Positions 17,854 through 25,379 are shown, counted from the first letter of the stretch. The stretch is 36,800 nt of DNA from an uncultured Candidatus Peribacteria bacterium (GCA_964571805.1 CAZNDI010000003.1:1-36800); one strand, 5' to 3'. Notes: generated by a model not told the origin, from the letters alone. Made by a program: numbers and translations.

Positions 17854-18492
17854 ATGGCCACCTTGTCTACTACTTACGTCGATCGAGACGAAGCGAGCAC
17901 AATCTTAAAAATTTCGACTCGAACTTTAGACCGCTACATTCGAAAGTTCCGATTCAAAACTCGTAAAGATGGACGACGCGTGCTCATTAAACGTACCGAT
18001 GTAGATCAAATCATCCAAGATCATATTGGCCAATTTATTGAACAAAAAAAACAGAATTTAGACCTTCAATTAGACAAGGAAACAAGTGTCCAAAATGAAG
18101 GCGTGATTGCTGTAAAGGACATCAAAGTCGAATCGTTTAAGAAAGCTGAAAAAGAAGCCAAAGAAGAAGCTGTCTACCAAAGCTTGTATCATGAAGTTAA
18201 AAAGGAGCTGAAAGAAAAACAAGAACGACTCGATGCCGCCACCTATCGTGTGGGACAATTAGAATCACAAGTCGAAAGTATGGTGCCCATGTTAGACTAC
18301 ACGCGAAAAGAAAAAGAACTGAAGGAGGCAAAATTTACCATTGAACAAAAAGAAATCGAGCGAGCCGAGATTGTAGACAAAATGCAGCACAAAATTCGAA
18401 ATGAAAGGATGGCCAAATGGATTTACCTTTCTCTCACAGGAATGCTTTTGGTGATCGAACCCATTTTGTTTTTAGTGTGGGCTTTCGCCTAA
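17854..18492 (+). CDS. Excisionase/MerR-type helix-turn-helix protein with a long coiled coil and a C-terminal transmembrane anchor
   Basis: It has an N-terminal HTH 'ASTILKISTRTLDRYIRKFRFKTRKDGRRVLIKRTDVDQI', a charged coiled-coil middle and the C-terminal TM 'WIYLSLTGMLLVIEPILFLVWAFA'. An in-frame TAA lies 9 nt upstream of the ATG. Confidence 0.7.
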   Translation: MATLSTTYVDRDEASTILKISTRTLDRYIRKFRFKTRKDGRRVLIKRTDVDQIIQDHIGQFIEQKKQNLDLQLDKETSVQNEGVIAVKDIKVESFKKAEKEAKEEAVYQSLYHEVKKELKEKQERLDAATYRVGQLESQVESMVPMLDYTRKEKELKEAKFTIEQKEIERAEIVDKMQHKIRNERMAKWIYLSLTGMLLVIEPILFLVWAFA

Positions 18493-18582
18493 ATTGATTG
18501 ATGATTTATATTGGATAATGAATGCAGTCACAGAGGCATTGAGACCTAATTTTAATCCTCAATCTTTCAACTTAAATCTAAA

Positions 18583-19227
18583 ATGATTATCACTAATTTC
18601 AAAACTTACGAATCAGCTACAGGAAAAAGGGCGGTAGATTTGGCAAAAATTCACGAGGAGGTCGCAAAGGAAATGGGAGTTGAAATTGGGATTGCGGTGC
18701 AGGCAGTGGATTTGTGGAGGGTCTGCCAGGCAGTGAGCATTCCTGTCTTTGCTCAACACATTGACCCTGTTGAATATGGGAGTGCAACGGGACATGTGCT
18801 GCCAGAAGCCGTGAAAGAAGCGGGGGCGATGGGAACGCTCCTCAATCATTCTGAGCATCGTCTGGAACGAGGAGTTTTAGCCGCGTCCATTAAAAGAGCC
18901 AAGGAGGTGGGCTTAAAGGTAATTGTATGTGCAAAGGACCCAGAAGAGGGAGCAAGCTTTTTAGAATTTGAACCGGATATGATTGCCGTGGAACCTCCTG
19001 AATTGATTGGAGGAGACATTTCTGTTTCCACTGCACAACCGGAAATCATCGAACACGCCACCAAATTGATTGGAAGAGTTAAACTTTTAGTAGGAGCGGG
19101 AGTAAAGAATGGAGAGGACGTCAAAATTGCCCTCAAATTAGGAGCAAGAGGAGTTTTATTGGCAAGTGGAGTGACCAAGGCGGAAGATCCAAAAAAAGTA
19201 TTGAGAGATTTGGCAGGAAGTCTATAG
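18583..19227 (+). CDS. tpiA: Triosephosphate isomerase, archaeal (short) type
   Basis: It is 214 aa, whereas bacterial TIM is about 250 aa. It has 'ITNFKTYESATGKRA', 'LLNHSEHRL', 'IAVEPPELIGG', 'LVGAGV' and 'GVLLASGVTKA'. These match the archaeal TIM pattern rather than the bacterial GHSERR / AYEPVWAIGTG pattern. Confidence 0.82.
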   Translation: MIITNFKTYESATGKRAVDLAKIHEEVAKEMGVEIGIAVQAVDLWRVCQAVSIPVFAQHIDPVEYGSATGHVLPEAVKEAGAMGTLLNHSEHRLERGVLAASIKRAKEVGLKVIVCAKDPEEGASFLEFEPDMIAVEPPELIGGDISVSTAQPEIIEHATKLIGRVKLLVGAGVKNGEDVKIALKLGARGVLLASGVTKAEDPKKVLRDLAGSL

Positions 19228-19243
19228 AAATTTCAAATTTCTA

Positions 19244-19648
19244 TCATTCAATAGTACCTAGAAGCTTAGCTGCTTCTTCTGCCTCTTCTTTTTCAACCTG
19301 CGCCATAAAACGATTGTATAATTCGGTATTAGCAGCATGAGGATCCATACTCCTAAGTTTTACCGCTTCTTCTGGGGTAATATCTTTTGTATCAAGTGCA
19401 TCCTTGACTAGATTTTCAACTGTTTGATTAATTTCTAACCACAATTTAGTATCATCAAGTGACCTACGGTCATTCTTACTTAATTTTTTTTCAAGATCTT
19501 TAGCTTCTTTATCAGTTATCATTCCCTCTTTACGTTGCCTTCCCATTTCTGCTTTTAATGGAGCATTTTCAAGGGGTTTTTCTAGTTTTTTTTCTGGAGT
19601 TTTGCATTCCGTGTCCGTACATGTTTCTCCGAATGATTCTGGTGACAT
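19244..19648 (-). CDS. Hypothetical protein, 134 aa, highly charged
   Basis: The ORF is convergent with tpiA. It contains 'PEKKLEKPLEN', which resembles the P/E/K tails elsewhere in the window. I recognise no domain. Confidence 0.5.
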   Translation of the reverse strand: MSPESFGETCTDTECKTPEKKLEKPLENAPLKAEMGRQRKEGMITDKEAKDLEKKLSKNDRRSLDDTKLWLEINQTVENLVKDALDTKDITPEEAVKLRSMDPHAANTELYNRFMAQVEKEEAEEAAKLLGTIE

Positions 19649-19774
19649 ATTTTTATTTTAGTAGTGCTATCTCATAATTATAGCTTAAATTTGCGGATAT
19701 TACAATAATTTTATTAAATTTGGCTTAAAATCTAGTCTTTTGGTAAAATTGGAAGGCTCTAAACGAAAAGATTT

Positions 19775-20839
19775 ATGGAAAACTTTTTTGCCTCACTGGA
19801 ACCCTGGCTTAAGCTCAATTATTTTGGGAACACACTTCAAGAATATTTAATAGCCTTAGGAATTTTGCTTGGATTTTGGATTTTTTTTAAAGTGCTGAAG
19901 AATCGTCTTTTTTCCCTACTAAAGACACTTTTAAAAAAGAGTAAAAAGGGTCATGAAGATAAAATGATTCAAGTCGCGGAAAGTATCCCAGCCTCGCTTT
20001 ATTTTTTTTCGTCCCTCTATTTTGCCCTACAAGTGATTCAGGTTCATCCCTTGATGAATAAAATCATAGGCGTGATCCTAACAATTTTAATCATCTACTG
20101 GTTGACCAAGGTCACGAGTAAAATTGTGGAATACAGCCTCGATAAATTCACTGAAAAAAAAGGTGAAAAAAACATGAGCTCCGTCGCCCTTATTTTTGTT
20201 TTAAAATTGGTTTTATGGACCATCGGTTTTTTGCTAGCCTTATCGAATTTGGGAGTGGATATTTCAGCATTGATCACCAGCCTTGGTATCGGGGGGATTG
20301 CCGTCGCCCTGGCCGTTCAAAATATATTGGGAGACATGTTCAGCTCCTTCACGATCTATTTGGACAAGCCCTTTGAAATCGGAGATTATATTGTAGTAGG
20401 AGAACATTCGGGCACCGTGAAAAAAATTGGCTTAAAATCAACTCGAATCCAGGCTCTACAGGGGGAGGAAATTGTGATTTCGAATAAGGAACTTACTACA
20501 GCGCGTGTACAAAATTTTAAACGAATGGAAAAAAGACGGATTGCTTTTGAGGTTCTTGTTTCTCCTGAAACCAAGGCAAGCCGACTGAGTGAAATTCCAA
20601 AAATGCTCGAAAAAATGATCAAGAAAAATGACCTCACTGAATTCAATCGAGCCCACTTTAAAACTATTGCTGAAGGGGGATATAAATTTGAAATTGTCTA
20701 TCAAATGAAAACTAGTGAATATAAAGATTATATGGACACTCAGGAAAAAATAAATCTAGATATTTTAAAGACTTTTGAAAAAGAAAAAATTCGTATGGCT
20801 TTTGCGCCCCTGGGCTTCAAAGCCATAAAAGAAAAATAG
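19775..20839 (+). CDS. Mechanosensitive ion channel, MscS family
   Basis: It has several N-terminal TM helices and the MscS pore/beta-domain signature 'GIGGIAVALAVQNILGDMFSSFTIYLDKPFEIGDYIVVGEHSGTVKKIGLKSTRI'. Confidence 0.85.
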   Translation: MENFFASLEPWLKLNYFGNTLQEYLIALGILLGFWIFFKVLKNRLFSLLKTLLKKSKKGHEDKMIQVAESIPASLYFFSSLYFALQVIQVHPLMNKIIGVILTILIIYWLTKVTSKIVEYSLDKFTEKKGEKNMSSVALIFVLKLVLWTIGFLLALSNLGVDISALITSLGIGGIAVALAVQNILGDMFSSFTIYLDKPFEIGDYIVVGEHSGTVKKIGLKSTRIQALQGEEIVISNKELTTARVQNFKRMEKRRIAFEVLVSPETKASRLSEIPKMLEKMIKKNDLTEFNRAHFKTIAEGGYKFEIVYQMKTSEYKDYMDTQEKINLDILKTFEKEKIRMAFAPLGFKAIKEK

Positions 20840-20840
20840 C

Positions 20841-21539
20841 CTAAATGTTGAGAATATCTTCCTCTTTTACTTCCTCAATTGTTTTGGCTTCCTGGATCAA
20901 AAACTTCCCGACCCGTGTTCTTTCCAGTGCCGAAAGATAGCCTCCGACGCCCAGCTTCTCACCCACGTCCCGGGCGATGGAACGGATGTAGGTCCCTTTT
21001 CCACAATCAATTCTCAGCGTCAATTTTGGCCATTGGTAATCTAAAATCTCAATGTCATTGATCTTGATGGTGACGGCCTTGAGTTCAACTACCCCTCCCT
21101 TTCTGGCCACCGCATAAGCCCGCTGACCATTCACTTTTTTGGCCGAAAATTGAGGGGGCATCTGTAAAATCTCACCTTTAAATTCCTCTAAAACTGTTTT
21201 GATTTGATCCAATGAAACAGGCTTAGCGTCTGGATTTTCCACCACTTCTCCCTCCACGTCATCCGTATTGCTCCGCCCCCCCAAGGTGATTTCTCCGATG
21301 TATTCTTTATCCAACCCTGTCAATTCTTGAGCAAGCTTGGTTGCTTTACCCAAACACAAAACAAGCACCCCCGTCGCCATGGGATCAAGCGTGCCGGTAT
21401 GACCGACTTTCTTCGCTTTAAATTTTCCTCGAATTTTGGCGACCACGTCGAAGCTGGTCCAGGTTTTAGGTTTTTTGATGAGGAGAAATCCCGAATGGTG
21501 GGCCGGATTGTGGGCCGAATAGTGGTTAAATTTAATCAA
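20841..21539 (-). CDS. truB: tRNA pseudouridine(55) synthase TruB
   Basis: It has 'KKVGHTGTLDPMATGVLVLCLGKATKL' with the catalytic Asp motif, and 'GTYIRSIARDVG'. Confidence 0.88.
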   Translation of the reverse strand: MIKFNHYSAHNPAHHSGFLLIKKPKTWTSFDVVAKIRGKFKAKKVGHTGTLDPMATGVLVLCLGKATKLAQELTGLDKEYIGEITLGGRSNTDDVEGEVVENPDAKPVSLDQIKTVLEEFKGEILQMPPQFSAKKVNGQRAYAVARKGGVVELKAVTIKINDIEILDYQWPKLTLRIDCGKGTYIRSIARDVGEKLGVGGYLSALERTRVGKFLIQEAKTIEEVKEEDILNI

Positions 21540-21951
21540 TATTATGTTTTTTTCTTAAATAGTTGATGAAGTTGAGGATTCTGACGGACAAGTTTTTATA
21601 TTTTTTTGTGATTTCTTCACTTTTAGCTCTATGGAGATGGCGATCATCTATTAATTTTACCCAATGATTTTTCGTTTCATCGCTCGAGCCAAGGGCTATG
21701 TTTAAATATAGAATGAATTTTTTGGGATAAAATCGCTGTGAAAATCCTTCAGCGATATTGGCTTGAACTGAGCTTGAAGACCTAAGAATTTGCCCCACTT
21801 CAGGGATTTGCCAATGACGTGGGATAAGTTTAACTAGCTTCTCAACATCAGAAGAAAGCTCGGAAGCAATCATATAAATACTCAAATCATCAAAAGATCT
21901 TATCAGCATAAATTCTTCACTTACAAAATATTCATCGGGATTCAAAAGCAA
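21532..21951 (-). CDS. Four-helix-bundle protein (23S rRNA intervening-sequence protein / Avd-like family)
   Basis: It has 'QILRSSSSVQANIAEGFSQRF', 'KKFILYLNIALGSSDETKNHW' and an N-terminal 'IRSFDDLSIYMIA' typical of this family. The likely true start is the internal Met at 21909. It overlaps the truB start by 8 nt. Confidence 0.75.
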   Translation of the reverse strand: MLLNPDEYFVSEEFMLIRSFDDLSIYMIASELSSDVEKLVKLIPRHWQIPEVGQILRSSSSVQANIAEGFSQRFYPKKFILYLNIALGSSDETKNHWVKLIDDRHLHRAKSEEITKKYKNLSVRILNFINYLRKKHNID

Positions 21952-21994
21952 TCAAAAACTAGCAAAAAACACAAATAAAGTCAATGACAACAAC

Positions 21995-22064
21995 AATCCG
22001 GTCCACCATCCCCCACAATTCGCTCAACAATTCGGCCCACCATTCGGCCCACAATCCGGAATAT
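21995..22064 (+). repeat. Array 1 of degenerate 12-nt tandem repeats (6 units)
   Basis: The units are aatccggtccac / catcccccac / aattcgctcaac / aattcggcccac / cattcggcccac / aatccggaatat. The array ends 13 nt from the stop codon of the minus-strand SDR-like gene. Confidence 0.8.
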
Positions 22065-22076
22065 TGTTCCCCACTT

Positions 22077-22670
22077 TTAAAAAAGCTTAACCAATGCTTC
22101 ATAAGACTCCTCAATGGAAATAGCCCTTGAAGCAAGATGACGAAATTGTTCCTCTCCCACGCAAGCATCCATCATAGTGGAGGGGATGACCGGGGGGAGA
22201 GAAAGGTAGTGAACGAAGGGTACACAAGAATTCAGATCTTCTTTCTGCCATCTCAAAACCATTCCCAGCACGAGACGGTTTATAGTGCAGTAAAAATCCA
22301 TCTTAGGATCATTACTTCTAGTCTCTCCACCCACTAGAATCAAGGGCATGGGGTCATAATTCTCCAAGGCTCTGAAGCAATTATAAGCCCCCATCACTTT
22401 GGCTTTAAAATGGGCTTCAGCACGTTCTGTGGTTAGGTTTTTAGTTGGAATAAGTAGGGTGCCAGCCGCATGAATCAGCACGCTGGGTCTAATTTTTTTC
22501 ACCAAATTCTCTACCTGAGTTCCATCGCTGATGTCGCAGGAATGACCCAGAGAACCCGTTCGACTTGCCAGAGTGACCTGATGCCCCTCTTTTGCAAGCA
22601 GGTGACCCCATTGGCTTCCGATGCTTTTTTCCTTTGAAGCCCCAATGATGAGAATATTTTTGGATGCCAT
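22077..22670 (-). CDS. NAD(P)-binding Rossmann-fold protein, atypical short-chain dehydrogenase-like
   Basis: It has the N-terminal dinucleotide-binding pattern 'KNILIIGASKEKSIGSQWGHLLAKEGHQVTLASR'. I saw no clear YxxxK catalytic motif. It is 197 aa. Confidence 0.55.
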   Translation of the reverse strand: MASKNILIIGASKEKSIGSQWGHLLAKEGHQVTLASRTGSLGHSCDISDGTQVENLVKKIRPSVLIHAAGTLLIPTKNLTTERAEAHFKAKVMGAYNCFRALENYDPMPLILVGGETRSNDPKMDFYCTINRLVLGMVLRWQKEDLNSCVPFVHYLSLPPVIPSTMMDACVGEEQFRHLASRAISIEESYEALVKLF

Positions 22671-22687
22671 GAGTCTAAAATTAGCCT

Positions 22688-22719
22688 TTAAAAAAGAAGG
22701 GGCGGAGATGAGCCGCCCC
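22688..22719 (-). terminator. Canonical GC-rich Rho-independent terminator of the cupin gene
   Basis: The minus strand reads GGGGCGG-CTCATCT-CCGCCCC followed by TTCTTTTTT. It begins 24 nt after the cupin stop, and the U-tract ends 18 nt before the SDR-like start codon. Confidence 0.8.
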
Positions 22720-22742
22720 CTTTGCTGAAGCTTGCAGCACGC

Positions 22743-23108
22743 TCAAGGCGTGGCAAACTCCATGTTCCACTCGCCCGCTGGACCCACGATTACGCCGTTC
22801 GTCGACAAGAAGGTGAATCCCTCAGGGCCGGCATTGAAACCGTGCGGACGATGAGCCGGGAAGTGTACCCGGTTGCCCGAGACGACTTCCACTCCATTGT
22901 CCGCATCATCCGAAACCACCGTAGCCGTTCCCCCGAAGACGTCCATCGTCGCGTCCACCGTGTGTCGATGCGTGGGGATGCGTGATCCCGGCGCCATCTG
23001 AACCAGCAGACGTTGAGGAAGGCCCTCAGGAAGATTTCCCGGGTCAATCAGAAACATTTGGATGCCGGGGAGGTCTTTGTGCGTGACAGCATTGAGTCGG
23101 GTGATCAT
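22743..23108 (-). CDS. Cupin-domain protein (GC-rich, compositionally foreign)
   Basis: Cupin motif 1 is 'GSRIPTHRHTVDATMDVFGG' and motif 2 is 'GNRVHFPAHRPHGFN'. GC is clearly higher (near 60% by eye) than surrounding DNA. AGGAGA lies 9 nt upstream of the ATG. Confidence 0.8.
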   Translation of the reverse strand: MITRLNAVTHKDLPGIQMFLIDPGNLPEGLPQRLLVQMAPGSRIPTHRHTVDATMDVFGGTATVVSDDADNGVEVVSGNRVHFPAHRPHGFNAGPEGFTFLSTNGVIVGPAGEWNMEFATP

Positions 23109-23198
23109 GTGGTTTATCTCCTGTCCTGAATTGGACCCAATGACATTAAATCGATTCTATGATATCGTCAAAGTGTTGACACAATTTGACAAAAAATC

Positions 23199-23945
23199 AT
23201 GGAAAATCCTCTGGTCACCGCACGAGAAAAAACAGTCCTCAGAGCCTTGTATGCCAATGGCCAACTCTCAATCAAAGATCTTTCCAAGGCCACTTTGGTG
23301 AATCGTACAACCCTGTATCCCATCCTTGAAAAAATGCTTCAGAGGGGTTTGGTGACCACCATTAAAACTGAAGGCAAAACTTACTATGAAGCCATTTCGA
23401 CGACGGAATTGGAAGAATGGGCACGGCGGAAGCAAAAAGAAACCAATGAGGAGGTGAAAAAACTAACCCATTGGGCCAGGCAAACGAAAGAAAGTAAACA
23501 CGATTCATTTGTGGCAGAAATAAAATACTTCGATGGCCTGGAGGGAATCATGAACCTTTATAACGACACCTGGCGAGAAAATCAGGAAAAAATCATCTAT
23601 GCCCTCACGGATTACGAACGTGCTTACAACGTGGTGGGAGATGCCTTTTTACATGAGGATTATTTTAAACGAAGGGTAGCCCATGGGGTAAAAGTGAAAA
23701 GTTTATTGCCGGATTCAAAAATTGGCCGTAAGGATGTAAAATATGCCACCAAATTACTTCGGGAGATGCGCTTCATTGATCTTTTCCAAGACCTTGGCAT
23801 TGAAATAAATATTTATGACAACAAAATCGCCCTCTTTTCTTTCGACCCCAAAAAGCCCTCTGGCCTCCTAATAAAAAACCCCACCATCGCCCGGGCCTTT
23901 AAACACATCTTCAATTATCTCTGGAAAAATGGATTGAAACCTTAA
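23199..23945 (+). CDS. TrmB-family winged-helix transcriptional regulator
   Basis: It has the N-terminal wHTH 'REKTVLRALYANGQLSIKDLSKATLVNRTTLYPILEKMLQRGLV' and is divergent from the cupin gene. Two TTGACA hexamers (23176-81 and 23186-91) lie just before its ATG. Confidence 0.7.
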   Translation: MENPLVTAREKTVLRALYANGQLSIKDLSKATLVNRTTLYPILEKMLQRGLVTTIKTEGKTYYEAISTTELEEWARRKQKETNEEVKKLTHWARQTKESKHDSFVAEIKYFDGLEGIMNLYNDTWRENQEKIIYALTDYERAYNVVGDAFLHEDYFKRRVAHGVKVKSLLPDSKIGRKDVKYATKLLREMRFIDLFQDLGIEINIYDNKIALFSFDPKKPSGLLIKNPTIARAFKHIFNYLWKNGLKP

Positions 23946-23955
23946 CCCTTTCCAT

Positions 23956-24027
23956 TATCCGGTCCACCATGCGGCCAACAATTCGGTCCACAACTCGGCC
24001 AACAATTCGGTCCACTATCCGGAATAT
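23956..24027 (+). repeat. Array 2 of 12-nt tandem repeats (6 exact-period units), same orientation as array 1
   Basis: The units are tatccggtccac / catgcggccaac / aattcggtccac / aactcggccaac / aattcggtccac / tatccggaatat. The murE stop codon (24015-24017) and its last codons lie inside the last units. Confidence 0.85.
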
Positions 24028-25379
24028 CTATGAATTAATTGTTTAGCCACCTCCCGATCATCCCACTCCATCGGCCCGTCGTTCATCGTCCTTGTTGTGA
24101 AAGAACCCATGCCCGTCACCACAACCACATCGTCTTTTTTGGCATGTTGGATGGCATAGTCCATGGCCTCTTTCCGATCCTCAATCAGCAGCAAATCCTT
24201 GCCCAACGTTTTGACAGTTTTAGCCCCACTCAATACGGCCTCCATGATCTGTTTGGGATCTTCGGAATAGGGTTCCTCATCCGTCACGATCGTCAAATCA
24301 CAATAATTCGCCACGATCTTCCCCATATCTGGTCGTTTTTCTTTGTCCCGGTCTCCGCAACTTCCAATCAGCCCAATCAGCCGCCCTTCTGAAGTTTTTT
24401 TCAGCGTGGAATAAAGTTTTTCCAAGGCATCCGGGGTCAGGGCGAAATCCACAATCACCTCAAAACCTTTCGGACTTTTGATCCGTTCCATCCGTCCCGC
24501 CACACCATCAAAAGACTCTAAGCCCCTTTTAATTTCACTCAGACTAAGCTTACAAGCCAAGCCCACCCCTGTCGCAGCCAAGGCATTTTCGACATTAAAA
24601 CTGCCGGTCATTTTTAAGACAATGCTCACTTCACCAAATTGGGAATTCTCTTTACGCCTCGTGTCTTCATTGGTTTTTTTATAGATCAAGTCAAAATGGG
24701 AACCATATTTTTCATAGGTCACTTTTTTGGCTTGCAAATTGCCTTCTTTAAATCCATAAGCAAATTTATGCAAACACTTTAGCGCATTAAAATCAGTATA
24801 AAATTGATCTGCGTGGTTGAGAATGAAAGCATTTTGATGGGGAATGTTCCGAATGGCCTTAAATGTTTTTTTGCGGGAAACATCAGAAACAATTTCAAAT
24901 AAAATCTTTTTGGCTTGGGCATATTTTTCCATCGTCCCGTGGTAGTCCAGATGTTCGTGAGTGATGTTGGTGATGGCAGCAATCGAAAAAGGAATTCCCC
25001 AAAGTCGGGATTGATGCAAGGCGTGGGAAGAGGATTCGATGACGACGTATTCAATTCCATTTTTGACGCATTTTCTCAAAAATTTTTGAGTCTTAAAGGG
25101 TGAAAGAGTTGTTTTTTTGGACTCATTGGCCCAATGTTTCCCGTTCATCGCGAATTCCACCGTCGACATCAAAGCCACTTTTTTCCCCGCGGAATGGAGA
25201 ATATGTTCGATCATATGTGCTGTGGTGGTCTTTCCATTCGTTCCCGTCACCCCAATGCAGACCAACTTTTTACCAGGAAAACTATAGCGAACCGCAGCCG
25301 CGACACCGTTTATTTTATGCCAAAAAACTCGCAAAGGATTGTCATAACTGATGATTTTGCGAAGAGAGTTGAGCATCAA
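24015..25379 (-). CDS. murE: Mur ligase, MurE-type (UDP-MurNAc-L-Ala-D-Glu : diamino acid ligase), short N-terminus
   Basis: It has the P-loop 'GVTGTNGKTTTAHM', 'ITHEHLDYHG', 'DFALTPDALEKL' and 'GSCGDRDKEKRPDMG'. It has 'VTDEEPYSEDP' where DAP-adding MurE enzymes carry the DNPR motif. Confidence 0.8.
   Translation of the reverse strand: MMLNSLRKIISYDNPLRVFWHKINGVAAAVRYSFPGKKLVCIGVTGTNGKTTTAHMIEHILHSAGKKVALMSTVEFAMNGKHWANESKKTTLSPFKTQKFLRKCVKNGIEYVVIESSSHALHQSRLWGIPFSIAAITNITHEHLDYHGTMEKYAQAKKILFEIVSDVSRKKTFKAIRNIPHQNAFILNHADQFYTDFNALKCLHKFAYGFKEGNLQAKKVTYEKYGSHFDLIYKKTNEDTRRKENSQFGEVSIVLKMTGSFNVENALAATGVGLACKLSLSEIKRGLESFDGVAGRMERIKSPKGFEVIVDFALTPDALEKLYSTLKKTSEGRLIGLIGSCGDRDKEKRPDMGKIVANYCDLTIVTDEEPYSEDPKQIMEAVLSGAKTVKTLGKDLLLIEDRKEAMDYAIQHAKKDDVVVVTGMGSFTTRTMNDGPMEWDDREVAKQLIHRYSG

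Noticed and set aside
17721-17966. 81-aa ORF upstream of and overlapping the HTH gene.
   Set aside because: It overlaps the well-supported HTH ORF by 113 nt in another frame. It contains a good candidate promoter (17764-17792) for that gene and has no recognisable features. It is more likely 5' leader sequence.
19225-19243. Perfect palindrome TAGAAATTT-C-AAATTTCTA between the convergent tpiA and 134-aa genes, considered as a bidirectional terminator.
   Set aside because: It is almost entirely A/T, with a 1-nt centre and therefore a very weak hairpin. It includes one stop codon and abuts the other. It is noted but not convincing as a terminator.
22722-23047. ORFs in other frames overlapping the GC-rich cupin gene (22722-22985 on the + strand, 22790-23047 on the - strand), and similar ones in the GC-rich insert (26269-26589 and 26294-26494, both on the - strand).
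   Set aside because: GC-rich DNA produces long spurious open frames. These are Arg/Pro/Ser-rich with no motifs. The chosen frames carry cupin motifs or a signal peptide plus Cys-rich motif.
21995-24027. I asked whether the 12-nt repeat arrays, or the 42-nt repeats at 36621-36800, could be CRISPR arrays.
   Set aside because: The units are contiguous with no unique spacers. A 12-nt unit is far too short. The 42-nt repeat is in-frame coding sequence. No cas genes are present in the window.
24015-24030. I considered stop-codon read-through of murE into a Trp-rich amphipathic peptide (WTELLAELWTELLAAWWTG) encoded by array 2. A similar peptide (LWAEWWAELLSELWG) is encoded by array 1 in ORF 21959-22168(-).
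   Set aside because: TAG clearly functions as a stop for other genes here (tpiA, carA, mscS). At array 1 the Trp-rich frame is not the frame of the upstream SDR-like gene. The 69-aa ORF overlaps about 90 nt of the SDR-like gene's 3' end. The peptide similarity follows simply from the nucleotide repeat.
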